From NCBI GenBank assembly GCA_964016885.1, contig OZ024742.1, forward strand, positions 32,612,001 to 32,676,000: a DNA stretch of 64,000 bases, read 5' to 3'. The position numbers were made by a program, and so were the translations under genes. The DNA comes from Eledone cirrhosa (lineage: Eukaryota). The notes under the pieces are model-generated. The model did no database searches. It was not told the origin of the DNA and saw nothing but the letters and a program-made list of their open reading frames with translations. Shown here piece by piece: positions 37,101 through 52,046 of this stretch (position 1 is the first letter of the stretch; every line of letters starts with the position of its first letter).

Positions 37101-40090
37101 GGGTCTAGTGACATGTAGACTATATAACTCTGGGTCTAGTGACATGTAGACTGTATCATATAACCCTGGGTCTAGTGACATGTAGACTATAACTCTGGGT
37201 CTAGTGACATGTAGACTGTATCATATAACCCTGGGTCTAGTGACATGTAGACTATAACTCTGGGTCTAGTGACATGTAGACTGTATCATATAACACTGGG
37301 TCTAGTGACATGTAGACTGTATCCTATAACCCTGGTTCTAGTGACATGTAGACTGTATCATATAACTCTGGGTCTCGTGACATGTAGACTGTATCATATA
37401 ACTCTGGGTCTAGTGACATGTAGACTATCATATAACTCTGGGTCTAGTGACATGTAGACTGTATCATATAACTCTGGGTCTAGTGACATGTAGACTGTAT
37501 CATATAACTCTGGGTCTAGTGACATGTAGACTGTATAACTCTGGGTCTAGTGACATGTAGACTGTATAACTCTGGGTCTAGTGACATGTAGACTGTATTA
37601 TATAACTCTGGGTCTAGTGACATGTAGACTGTATCATATAACTCTGGGTCTAGTGACATGTAGACTGTATAACTCTGGGTCTAGTGACATGTAGACTGTA
37701 TCATATAACTCTGGGTCTAGTGACATGTAGACTGTATCATATATAACTCTGGGTCTAGTGACATGTAGACTGTATAACTCTGGGTCTAGTGACATGTAGA
37801 CTGTATCATATAACTCTGGGTCTAGTGACATGTAGACTGTATCATATAACACTGGGTCTAGTGACATGTAGACTGTATCATATAACTCTGGGTCTAGTGA
37901 CATGTAGACTGTATCATATAACTCTGGGTCTAGTGACATGTAGACTGTATCATATAACTCTGGGTCTAGTGACATGTAGACTGTATCATATATAACTCTG
38001 GGTCTAGTGACATGTAGACTATATAACTCTGGGTCTAGTGACATGTAGACTGTATCATATAACTCTGGATCTAGTGACATGTAGACTGTATAACTCTGGG
38101 TCTAGTGACATGTAGACTGTATCATATAACTCTGGGTCTAGTGACATGTAGACCGTATCATATATAACTCTGGGTCTAGTGACATGTAGACTGTATCATA
38201 TAACTCTGGGTCTAGTGACATGTAGACTGTATAACTCTGGGTCTAGTGACATGTAGACTGTATCATATAACCCTGGGTCTAGTGACATGTAGACTGTATA
38301 ACTCTGGGTCTAGTGACATGTAGACTGTATCATATAACCCTGGGTCTAGTGACATGTAGACTATAACTCTGGGTCTAGTGACATGTAGACTGTATAACTC
38401 TGGGTCTAGTGACATGTAGACTATCATATAACTCTGGGTCTAGTGACATGTAGACTGTATCATATAACCCTGGGTCTAGTGACATGTAGACTATAACTCT
38501 GGGTCTAGTGACATGTAGACTATAACTCTGGGTCTAGTGACATGTAGACTGTATCATATAACTCTGGGTCTAGTGACATGTAGACTGTATCATATAACTC
38601 TGGGTCTAGTGACATGTAGACTGTATCATATAACTCTGGGTCTAGTGACATGTAGACTGTATAACTCTGGGTCTAGTGACATGTAGACTGTATCATATAA
38701 CACTGGGTCTAGTGACATGTAGACTGTATCATATAACTCTGGGTCTAGTGACATGTAGACTGTATCATATAACTCTGGGTCTAGTGACATGTAGACTGTA
38801 TAACTCTGGGTCTAGTGACATGTAGACTGTATCATATAACCCTGGGTCTAGTGACATGTAGACTGTATCATATAACACTGGGTCTAGTGACATGTAGACT
38901 GTATAACTCTGGGTCTAGTGACATGTAGACTGTATCATATAACTCTGGGTCTAGTGACATGTAGACTGTATAACCCTGGGTCTAGTGACATGTAGACTGT
39001 ATAACTCTGGGTCTAGTGACATGTAGACTGTATAACTCTGGGTCTAGTGACATGTAGACTGTATCATATAACCCTGGGTCTAGTGACATGTAGACTGTAT
39101 AACCCTGGGTCTAGTGACATGTAGACTGTATAACTCTGGGTCTAGTGACATGTAGACTGTATAACTCTGGGTCTAGTGACATGTAGACTGTATCATATAA
39201 CCCTGGGTCTAGTGACATGTAGACTATAACTCTGGGTCTAGTGACATGTAGACTGTATCATATAACACTGGGTCTAGTGACATGTAGACTATAACTCTGG
39301 GTCTAGTGACATGTAGACTGTATCATATAACACTGGGTCTAGTGACATGTAGACTGTATCATATAACCCTGGGTCTAGTGACATGTAGACTGTATCATAT
39401 AACCCTGGGTCTAGTGACATGTAGACTATAACTCTGGGTCTAGTGACATGTAGACTGTATCATATAACACTGGGTCTAGTGACATGTAGACTGTATCATA
39501 TAATCCTGGGTCTAGTGACATGTAGACTGTATCCTATAACCCTGGTTCTAGTGACATGTAGACTGTATCATATAACTCTGGGTCTCGTGACATGTAGACT
39601 GTATCATATAACTCTGGGTCTAGTGACATGTAGACTATCATATAACTCTGGGTCTAGTGACATGTAGACTGTATCATATAACTCTGGGTCTAGTGACATG
39701 TAGACTGTATAACCCTGGGTCTAGTGACATGTAGACTGTATCCTATAACCCTGGGTCTAGTGACATGTAGACTGTATCATATAACTCTGGGTCTAGTGAC
39801 ATGTAGACTGTATAACTCTGGGTCTAGTGACATGTAGACTGTATAACTCTGGGTCTAGTGACATGTAGACTGTATTATATAACTCTGGGTCTAGTGACAT
39901 GTAGACTGCATCATATAACTCTGGGTCTAGTGACATGTAGACTGTATAACTCTGGGTCTAGTGACATGTAGACTGTATAACTCTGGGTCTAGTGACATGT
40001 AGACTGTATAACACTGGGTCTAGTGACATATAGACTATATCATATAACTCTGGGTCTAGTGACATGTAGTCTGTATAACCCTGGGTCTAG
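34168..40090. repeat. 5.9-kb minisatellite, unit CATATAACTCTGGGTCTAGTGACATGTAGACTGTAT (36 bp; 29/31/38-bp variants)
   Basis: Directly visible; roughly 170-180 units estimated from length. Confidence 0.97.
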
Positions 40091-40207
40091 GATCTGAAGA
40101 ACGTATAACCCTGGGTCTAGGATCTGAAGAACATATAACCCTGTATCTAGACATGTCAAGAACATTTTGCTCTGGTCTATAATCTATGTACTATATGGAA
40201 CCCGAAC

Positions 40208-40383
40208 AACTGGTCATGTACTCTAGATGGGGCCAAACCAACTGATAATGTACTCTAGATGGGGCCAAACCAACTGATAATTTACTCTAGATGGAGCCAG
40301 ACCAACTGGTAATGTACTCTAGATGGAGCTTGACTAACTGGTAACACACTTTAGATGGAGCCTGACCAACTGGAAATGCACTC
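40208..40383. repeat. 32-bp tandem repeat, ~5.5 diverging copies
   Basis: CAACTGATAATGTACTCTAGATGGGGCCAAAC. Confidence 0.85.
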
Positions 40384-40410
40384 AGTCTGAAAATGGGTTT
40401 GGTTATACAT

Positions 40411-40735
40411 ATGTGGACATGCCTACAAAGTCAGAAAACAGCACAGCTCCATGACTTTCGGAAACATTTTTTCACGCTTAGAGTTGCTGAAGCATGGAAC
40501 AAACTACCTGCGTCAGTTGTTAGCTGCTGAGACACTGCATCCTTTAAAATCCTCATGCTACCCGAAATTCGCCAAAACTACACCTGATGTACCTGTTCCA
40601 TACACATGCACACATGTGTATATCATGACTCGTGCTCTGTTCATTTTCCTGACGTTTGTACATTACCCTATGTACTATACATACACTTTTCATGAGTTGT
40701 AGTGCACCTGAGCACTACACAATATTTTCATTATA
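40411..40735 (+). mobile_element. 3' end of the CR1-like LINE family seen at 7255-9215
   Basis: Reverse-complement match to ~7262-7585. Confidence 0.9.
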
Positions 40736-41166
40736 TAATTATATATATATGTGTGTGTGTATATATGTATAAGTGTATGCACATATGTATAAGTGTGTGC
40801 ACATGTTTATCTCCATGTCTTCACATTAACAAAGTTTGGCCAGCTGCTGACGTTTGTTTATGTCCTGCATCACCAATATGTCCCTTAGCTCAGGTGGAAC
40901 GAGTATTTAGAAAAAAAAAAATAAAGAAATAAAAATAAAGGTCTCCTGGTTTTAGAAGATTGCCTCAATAAGTTGCATCTAACTCCGAATCTGACATTTA
41001 AATTACTCTCAGTCTCGTCACCTGTAGAGTGTAAAAATGATGATGATGACCTTGTACAATATTATTTTGCAAATGTCTTTTGTGTTGTTGTTGTTAAAGC
41101 TCACACCTATCTAGCTTTATCTAGCCTCCTATATGGTAGCATCTCATAGGTTTCTCAGGTATTTAA

Positions 41167-41374
41167 CCCTTTAGCATTTACATTACTATATATTTAATAT
41201 TATATTTTCACGGTAAAGCCTTTATCTCACATAATATCAAATCTATGAGATTTTGATGTTATTTATGTTGAGAACAAAACCTTAACATCAGTATGAGTGG
41301 CCGGTTACAGCCAGTTTGAACAGAGAGAGGAGAGAAAATTCTGGCCGGATGCAGCCAGTTTAAATGCTAAAGAG
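41167..41374. mobile_element. piggyBac-type MITE
   Basis: TTAA flanks (41163-41166, 41375-41378) and TIRs CCCTTTAGCATTTA / TAAATGCTAAAGAG. Confidence 0.7.
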
Positions 41375-42341
41375 TTAAATCTTATGAGCAACATTTCATA
41401 ACACTGTATACTTGTCTGTTGTCAGGATTAACGTTCGGCTGCTGTTAGCACCCATCTTTTTTTTTTTCATTTGAATGTACTGAATTATCTTGAAGAACAC
41501 AATGCACTGTTCAATTGAGAATTTGAACTGACAACCTTATGATTGTGCATTCGACATCCTAATCAATAAGCCATATGCCTTTACTGTCTTTCGTTTTGGT
41601 CTCTAGCAAACAAGGACAAAGTCAATGTGACTAGGCATGAGTCATCCTACTGATAAAACTGACTGCAGCTTATTTCTGCAGTACAGTAGAGTGTAGTTGG
41701 AGGTTGTGTGATGACTGCAGTCACAACATATATTATTAATATAAGCACTTACAAGCATGTGTAATGTCGTGGTGGTAGCAGTTGTTATGTTCAGGTCACC
41801 TATCATCCAGCAAGCCTATGATTAATGCAGTATAGTTGGAGATTGTTTGATGACTACAGCCACATATATTATTAATATATATACACAAATATGTGTCTGT
41901 TATGGTGGTGGTTGTTTAACCCTAGGTCAGCTATCATCCTGGAGGCCTATGATTAAGGCAGTGCAGCAGTTGGTGGTTGTGATGACTGCAGTCACAAAAT
42001 ATCATTATTAATATATTTATATATATGTCTAACCCATGCTAGCGTGGAAGAACGGACGTAAAACGGTGATGATGATGATATATATACACACACACACATA
42101 TATACATATTTATATATATATATATATTTATAAAACAAGTAACATATAAAACAAGTAACATTCAAAGACCAACCAGATGTGAGAAAAACCACAGACCCTC
42201 CATCTCAACTCTACTTTAGGAACCAAATAAATATATATATTCCTTTGGTAAAGGAACCAAATAAATATATATATTTTTTTTAAAAATAAGACTCCAGTGG
42301 CATTTTCGATTTCATCTTTTTTATATATATATATATATATA

Positions 42342-43085
42342 TCATCATTTCATTTCACGTCCACTTTTCCCTGCTTGCAAGGGTGGGACGGGAACTGATT
42401 CTGGCTTGATTTCTACAGCTGGATGCCCTTCCTAACACCAACCTCATTTACAGTGAGTGCTGGGTGCTTTTTTGCCGTGGCACCTCCACGACCACTTTGC
42501 AGTGTAATGATATGGACCCCAGTCCCTATCATCTCATTTCTACAGCTGAGTAAACTGGAGCAATGTGAAATAAAGTGTCTTGCTCAAGGAAACAACACAT
42601 CACTCGGTCTGAGAATTGAACTCACAACCTTTCGATTGCAAGGCCAATGATCTAACCACTAAGTCATGTGCCTCCATTATATATATTTATATATCATCAT
42701 CATTATCATTTTACGTCTGCTTTTCCCTGCTTGCAAGGGTGGGACGGGAACTGATTGTGGCTTGATTTCTACAGCTGGATGCCCTTCCTAACGCCAACCT
42801 CATTTACAGTGAGTGCTGGGTGCTTTTTTTTCCGTGGCACCTACACGTCCACTTTACAGTGTGGGCTGGGTGCTTTTTTTTGCCGTGCCACCTCCACGAC
42901 CACTTTGCAGTGGAATGATATGGAACCCAGTCCCTATCATCTCATTCCTACAGCCGAGTAAACTTGAGTAATGTGAAATAAAGTGTCTTGCTCAAGGAAA
43001 CAACACATCACTCGGTCTGAGAATTGAACTCACAACATTTTGATTGCAAGGCCAGTGCTCTAACCACTAAGCCATGTGCCTCCAT
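42342..43085 (-). mobile_element. Two tandem tRNA-headed SINEs with RTE-derived tails
   Basis: Copies ~42342-42677 and ~42694-43085: head TGGCTTAGTGGTTAG..GAGTTCAATTC, CORE-like CCTTGAGCAAGACACTT, tail GTTAGGAAGGGCATCCAGCTGTAGAAA..GGACGT..(GAT)n. Partial copy at ~27605-27815. Confidence 0.8.
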
Positions 43086-43342
43086 ATATATGCATATATA
43101 TATACATATATATATATATATGTATATAAATATATATATATATATATTAATATATATATATATATATTTATATATATATTTATATATATATATATTTATA
43201 TATATATTTATATATATATATATTTATATATATATTTATATATATATATATTTATATATATTTATATATATATATATTTATATATATTCATATATATATA
43301 TATTTATATATATATTTATATATATTTATATATATATATATT

Positions 43343-43375
<33 letters not shown>

Positions 43376-43430
43376 ATTTATATATATACAATATTAAATA
43401 AATGGAAAACTATATTTATAAAACCATATT

Positions 43431-43496
43431 TATTTCATTATATATATTTCGGGGATATCATATTAACAATATGCTATGCCTTCATCAGACAAAATA
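43431..43496 (-). ncRNA. Hammerhead ribozyme (family A), left arm
   Basis: Reverse complement of 43648-43713. Confidence 0.8.
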
Positions 43497-43647
43497 CAAT
43501 ATAAACAGTTTTATAGATAAATATATTCGACATACCGTAATAAACATCAACTTCATTTGAAGAGGTTCACTCTAGCAGTAACTTCAAATGAAGTTGATGT
43601 TTATTACGGTATGTCGAATATATTTATCTATAAAACTGTTTATATTG

Positions 43648-43713
43648 TATTTTGTCTGATGAAGGCATAGCATATTGTTAATATGATATCCCCGAAATAT
43701 ATATAATGAAATA
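43648..43713 (+). ncRNA. Hammerhead ribozyme (family A), right arm
   Basis: TATTTTGT-CTGATGA-AGG C ATAGCATA..TATGATAT C CCC-GAAA-TATATA-TA-ATGAAATA. Confidence 0.8.
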
Positions 43714-43960
43714 AATATGGTTTTATAAATATAGTTTTCCATTTATTTAATATTTAATATTGTAAATATACTCCAAGTATTTGTCGAGTGCTTTTATATC
43801 AGTTATAAATATTTACTAGTTGTAACCCAACAATTTTAAATATAACTTTACATGTATTTATATATATATATATTTATTTATATATATATATATTTATATA
43901 TATATTTATATATATATATTTATATAGATATATATATATTTATATAGATATATATATATT

Positions 43961-43993
<33 letters not shown>

Positions 43994-44018
43994 ATATTTA
44001 TATAGATATATATATATT

Positions 44019-44052
<34 letters not shown>

Positions 44053-44140
44053 TATATATATATATTTATATATATATATTTATATATATATATTTATATA
44101 TATATATATATATATATTTATATAGATATATATATATTTA

Positions 44141-44219
<79 letters not shown>

Positions 44220-44242
44220 ATATATATATATTTATATATATT

Positions 44243-44273
<31 letters not shown>

Positions 44274-44338
44274 ATATTTATATATATTTATATATATTTA
44301 TATATATATATATATATTTATATATATTTATATATATT

Positions 44339-44373
<35 letters not shown>

Positions 44374-44397
44374 TTATATATATATATATATTTATAT

Positions 44398-44570
44398 ATC
44401 ATCATCATCATCATCATCAACGTTTAACTCCGTGTTCCACGCTTGCATGGGTTTGGACGGGGGTAGTCCCACTTGAGGCAAGAGTGATTGTCTTGCTCGC
44501 ATAGGACTGTCTGGCAGGTTTTCTACAGTTGGATGCCCTTCCTAACACCAACCACATTTACAGTGTGGGA
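44398..44570 (-). mobile_element. RTE 3' terminal fragment
   Basis: Reverse complement of ~31580-31750. Confidence 0.9.
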
Positions 44571-44576
44571 TATATT

Positions 44577-44609
<33 letters not shown>

Positions 44610-44610
44610 T

Positions 44611-44666
<56 letters not shown>

Positions 44667-44894
44667 TATATATATATATATATTTATATATATTTATATA
44701 TATATTTATATATATATTTATATATATATTTATATTTATATATTTATATTTATATATATATATTTATATATATATTTATATATATATTTATATATATATT
44801 TATATTTATATATATATATTTATATATATATATATTTATATATATATATTTATATATATATATTTATATATATATATATTTATATATATATATT

Positions 44895-44943
<49 letters not shown>

Positions 44944-45050
44944 ATATTTATATATATATTTATATATATATTTATATATATATATATATTTATATATATA
45001 TTTATATATATATTTATATTTATATATATATTTATATATATATTTATATT

Positions 45051-45081
<31 letters not shown>

Positions 45082-45270
45082 TTATATATATTTATATTTA
45101 TATATATTTATATATATATATATTTATATATATATATATTTATTTATATATATTTATTTATATTTATATATATTTATATATATATATATTTATTTATATA
45201 TATTTATTTATATATATATATTTATATATATATATTTATTTATATATTTATATATATATATTTATATTTA

Positions 45271-45303
<33 letters not shown>

Positions 45304-45306
45304 ATT

Positions 45307-45337
<31 letters not shown>

Positions 45338-45450
45338 ATTTATATATATATATTTATATATATATATATTTATATATATATATATTTATATATATATATA
45401 TTTATATATATATATATTTATATATATATATATTTATATATATATATATT

Positions 45451-45537
<87 letters not shown>

Positions 45538-45550
45538 TTATATATATATT

Positions 45551-45641
<91 letters not shown>

Positions 45642-45886
45642 ATATTTATATATATATATTTATATTTATATATTTATATTTATATATATATTTATATATA
45701 TATATATTTATAATATAAGATCAAAAGATGGTTAAAGGAGTTCCTTGATCTTATATTATGCATACTCCAGTCCCACAAACTGTAGAGTGCTTCTTATCCG
45801 ATATCTGCATTGCTTTATTGTACTACAATAAAACTCACCTCCTACATATATATTTATATATATATATATTTATATATATATATATT

Positions 45887-45953
<67 letters not shown>

Positions 45954-46021
45954 ATTTATATATATTTATATATATATATTTATATATATATATTTATATA
46001 TATATATTATTTATATATATT

Positions 46022-46060
<39 letters not shown>

Positions 46061-46265
46061 ATTTATATATATATGTAGATAAATCTACCAAGAGTTTACG
46101 GTAGTGTCCAATCCGTATGAAGAACTCAATGTATTCCGGATATCATGGAAAGAAGAAATGTAATGAAAAATCACTTTCGGTGAAAGATAAACGGTATACA
46201 GAGTCAAGATAAAATATTAAACAAATAATGAATAAACAATTCCTTATATTAAACAAAAAAAGTTC

Positions 46266-46412
46266 ATTATTTAACGATCGTTTCTAGGATATATATGTGT
46301 TAGAGTTGGCATGCATATTCAACAGATCTATGTACAAAATTATACAAAATTATACAAACTATCAAGATTAAATATACATACCAACACATATATACGCCGT
46401 CTTCAGAAATAA
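46266..46412 (-). ncRNA. Hammerhead ribozyme with very long stem II (family D)
   Basis: TTATTT-CTGAAGA-CGG C GTATATATGTGTT...AACACATATATAT C CTA-GAAA-CGATCG-TT-AAATAA. Confidence 0.7.
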
Positions 46413-46670
46413 ATAAGTATGTATATTTAATCTTGATAGTTTGTATAATTTTGTATAATTTTGTACATAGATCTGTTGAATATGCATGCCAACTCTAACA
46501 CATATATATCCTAGAAACGATCGTTAAATAATGAACTTTTTTTGTTTAATATAAGGAATTGTTTATTCATTATTTGTTTAATATTTTATTTATATATATA
46601 TATATTTATATATTTATATATATATTTATATATATATTTATATATTTATATATATATATATTTATATATT

Positions 46671-46745
<75 letters not shown>

Positions 46746-46760
46746 ATATATTTATATATT

Positions 46761-46791
<31 letters not shown>

Positions 46792-46968
46792 ATTTATATA
46801 TACTTATATTTATATATACTTATATTTATATATACTTATATTTATATATACTTATATTTATATATATATATATTTATGTATATATATATTTTTATATATA
46901 TATATATTTATATATATATATATTTATGTATATATATATTTATATATATATTTATATTTATATATATT

Positions 46969-47001
<33 letters not shown>

Positions 47002-47004
47002 ATT

Positions 47005-47035
<31 letters not shown>

Positions 47036-47058
47036 ATATTTATATATTTATATATATT

Positions 47059-47259
<201 letters not shown>

Positions 47260-47468
47260 ATATTTATATATATTTATATATATTTATATATATATATATT
47301 TATATATATTTATATATATTTATATATATATATATTTATATATATTTATATATATTTATATATATATATATTTATATATATTTATATATATTTATATATA
47401 TTTATATATATTTATATATATTTATTTATATATTTATTTATATATATATATATTTATATATATTTATT

Positions 47469-47499
<31 letters not shown>

Positions 47500-47620
47500 A
47501 TATATTTATATATATTTATATTTATATATTTATATATATATATTTATATATATATATTTATATATTTATATTTATATATATATATTTATATATATATATT
47601 TATATATATATATTTATATT

Positions 47621-47654
<34 letters not shown>

Positions 47655-47792
47655 TATATATATATATTTATATATATATATTTATATATTTATATATATA
47701 TATATTTATATATATATATATTTATATATATATATTTATATATATATATATTTATATATATTTATATATATATATTTATATATATATATATT

Positions 47793-47823
<31 letters not shown>

Positions 47824-48019
47824 GTAGATAAATCTACCAAGAGTTTACGGTAGTGTCCAATCCGTATGAAGAACTCAATGTATTCCGGATATCATGGAAA
47901 GAAGAGATGTAATGAAAAATCACTTTCGGTGAAAGATAAACGGTATACAGAGTCAAGATAAAATATTAAACAAATAATGAATAAACAATGAGACAGTTCC
48001 TTATATTAAACAAAAAAAG

Positions 48020-48173
48020 TTCATTATTTAACGCTCGTTTCTAGGATATATATGTGTTAGAATTGGCATGCATATTCAACAGATCTATGTACAAAATTAT
48101 ACAAAATTATACAAACTATCAAGATTAAATATACATACCAACACATATATACGCCGTCTTCAGAAATAATGAA
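48020..48173 (-). ncRNA. Hammerhead ribozyme family D in PLE 3' terminal repeat
   Basis: 10-bp stem I TTCATTATTT/AAATAATGAA, CTGAAGA, ~115-nt stem II, GAAA-CGAGCG-TT. Confidence 0.72.
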
Positions 48174-48804
48174 GTATATTTATTGATAATAACAACAATT
48201 CAAAATTTCAGGTCCGTTTGGGAACAAAATTGACCAATGAAAACACAAAAGGTTAAATGCAGTTCGGTGTGTGTATATACATGTAAAACCCTTACACATA
48301 TTTTACAAAAATGTATGCATAATTTGTATACGCATACTAAAAGGATGGATGCAAATACAAAATTTCAAGGTTAATGTCTCTGTAAGTTTATAATGCACAG
48401 ATAAGATGCGTATAGACACACAAATATGAAATAAGTATATAAATATATTTTCATACTCACACATATCCGTACAATCACACATACACGCGCGTATATGCAT
48501 AAATATACACATAACCACGAACATACAAACACACACACACCCCCACTCACATTTATATATGTGGATATAAAATCATAAGCACATGGATATTAATTCACTC
48601 ACATAAACACTGGCACACACATTTAGATCAAGATACAGAAATTAGGTGGGAGGGGGGGGAAGAGGTCAGTATTCAACGGTCTGGGCAGACTGCTTAATAT
48701 AGATGTATCTATAAACTAAGAAAATAAAAAATAATAAATAATAAATAAACATTAAAGAGGAAAGAATAGAAAAAGAAAAAAGAAAAAAGAAATATATCAA
48801 GAAA

Positions 48805-48869
<65 letters not shown>

Positions 48870-49019
48870 CACACACACACACACACACATACATATATAT
48901 ACACATATACAAACACATACATACATATACACACATCCACACTAAGAACATACATACACACACATATATAAACATATACATATACACACATACATACATA
49001 TACACACATACACATAAAT

Positions 49020-49064
<45 letters not shown>

Positions 49065-49367
49065 CATACACACATACATACACATATAATCACACATACT
49101 ATATAGACACACATATATATACACACACATACACGCACATACTTATATACATACAGATATACACATACATAGCTATATATACACACAAATATATACAGAC
49201 ATACATACATACATACAGACAAATACTTACGCATCTATATATCGGTATATACATACAAACACCACTACACTATCACACAACTCAGACATACAAAGAAAAA
49301 GGTATATACCTATACACACATACATATACAAATAGAAAAAACATATAGATATATATATATATATATA

Positions 49368-49409
<42 letters not shown>

Positions 49410-49628
49410 CATACATATACACATACACACACATACACATACATACACATACATACATGTACACACACATAGAAATATATACGCATACACACATACACAC
49501 ATACATATAAAGTCATACACACACATACACCTACACGAACATACACATACACATATATAAAGATATATATACACACACACACACACACATACACACACAC
49601 ACGTATATATAAAAAATAAATAATAAAG

Positions 49629-49689
<61 letters not shown>

Positions 49690-50026
49690 CACATACATAC
49701 ACACATACATAGACATACATGTACATACATACACATACATAGATACATACACACACATACATACATATATATATACACACATAGACATATACATACATAC
49801 ACACACAACTTACATACACACATATATGTTCATACATAGAATTAGATATATAATCATACATACATATGCACTTACATATACTCATATATACAAATACATA
49901 CGCATCCATATATGCGTATATACATAGAAACACCACTACAACCTCACCCAACTCAGACATACAAATAAAAATAAAAAGGCATATGCATATACATATATAC
50001 ACGCATTAATAGAGACATATATACAC

Positions 50027-50060
<34 letters not shown>

Positions 50061-50292
50061 ACTCATATATATATATACATACCCACACACACATACCACC
50101 ATAAATACACATACAAACACCCACATATACATATATATACACACATATATATATATATATATACACACACATAAAAAACAGACATGCACATATATATTTT
50201 TTTACACATATATATACACATATTATATACATATACACACCCTCACATATACACACATACACATAAGTTATATTATAATAATAAATAATATA

Positions 50293-50352
<60 letters not shown>

Positions 50353-50392
50353 TACACACATACGAATATAGACATATATACACACATAGACA

Positions 50393-50432
<40 letters not shown>

Positions 50433-50631
50433 TACATATACACAGACACATATACACACTCACATATATATGTGTGTGCACACACACATATATACACATA
50501 CACACATATACACATAAACACATATATGTGTATACATGCACACACACACATATATCCACATAGATACGAAGATAGACATATAAATAGAGAGACATACATA
50601 TATATACACACACACACATACATACATACAT

Positions 50632-50714
<83 letters not shown>

Positions 50715-51460
50715 CACACATACACATACACACACATATACACATGCATATATACACATATACACATACATACACACACACATATATACACACACAATCT
50801 TACATTCATATTTGCATGCGCATATATGTATTTTTATATTCAGATATAAATACCCAAACATATATACACCTACCTACATATATATTCATACATACACGCT
50901 TACAAACACAGATGATAATAGTATGGGGGAAAGGGGGGGGGGTTGGAGAAGGGGATTATAGTAAATATATGTTTCAAGAAACATAGAATATTATCCGTAT
51001 CTGGATCCAATGTATGTTTTTACATAGTTTCAGTGTTAGGAAACACAATAAACAAGAAATAAGGCAAAATTTATGCATTTCAAAATAAACAAGTATACCA
51101 TTAATTATATGTTAACTAAACTAAAGATAGTTAACATATTGATTTCTAAGGTGTAAATTAGTTAAGTTTATAATATTTGAAGCAGAATTTTGAAGTTAAA
51201 TAGTAGTAGAGTATTAATTATAGTATAACTAAATTAAAGTTAATAACGTTATGGTATCAATATTAGGAAATGAATTTAGTAATAGGGAAAAAACAAATAA
51301 AGTATTACATCGGTAGTAGAATATAAATTATAGGTTAACTAAATTAAAAATTATATATTTATTTCTATAGTATATGTTAATTAGGTATATAATAAATAAA
51401 ACAGATATTGTATTTTATCAATAGCAGAATATAATTATATGCAAATAGAAATCAAAATTA

Positions 51461-51491
<31 letters not shown>

Positions 51492-52046
51492 CACATACAT
51501 ATATACATATATATACACATATACATATACATATATACACATATACACACACACACACATACACATACACATATACATATACATATTTTTTTCAAAAAAT
51601 TGCATAGAATATATTAACTAGGTATATATCCAAAACACATCCCATTCTATGATTACATGACATTCTGCAATTCGTCTGTATAAGGATACTAATTTTAAGC
51701 AAATTAAATTAAATTTTTAGGTTGATTAAAATTAAAACCAAATTATAAATATATTTCTAAAATGTATATTAATTAGGTCTATAATACTAAAAATTATTTC
51801 TCTGTCATTGGATACACGATATTATTTTGTTATATTTTATCTGTAAAAGAATTATAATAAAAGGTTTAAATAAATTAAAATTAATCTATAAATTAAATTA
51901 CTAAGTATATATTAGTAATATTTAAAGGTTTTTCACAATTTATGATTACATAATATTTTATATTCTCATCTGTAATAAAATTTTAATTAAATTAAATTTA
52001 TAGGTTAACCAACATTTAAATTAAATTAATTTCTAAAATAATGTTA

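Noticed and set aside
34392-38080. Satellite peptide DTVYMSLDPELY resembles the expected UCH exon 3 motif (DVYGLDPELL)
   Set aside because: It is on the opposite strand to the gene, units of 29/31/38 bp break frame, and there are no splice sites; treated as coincidence.
34168-40090. CRISPR-like array (hairpin repeat of ~30-36 bp)
   Set aside because: No unique spacers, no cas genes, eukaryotic context.
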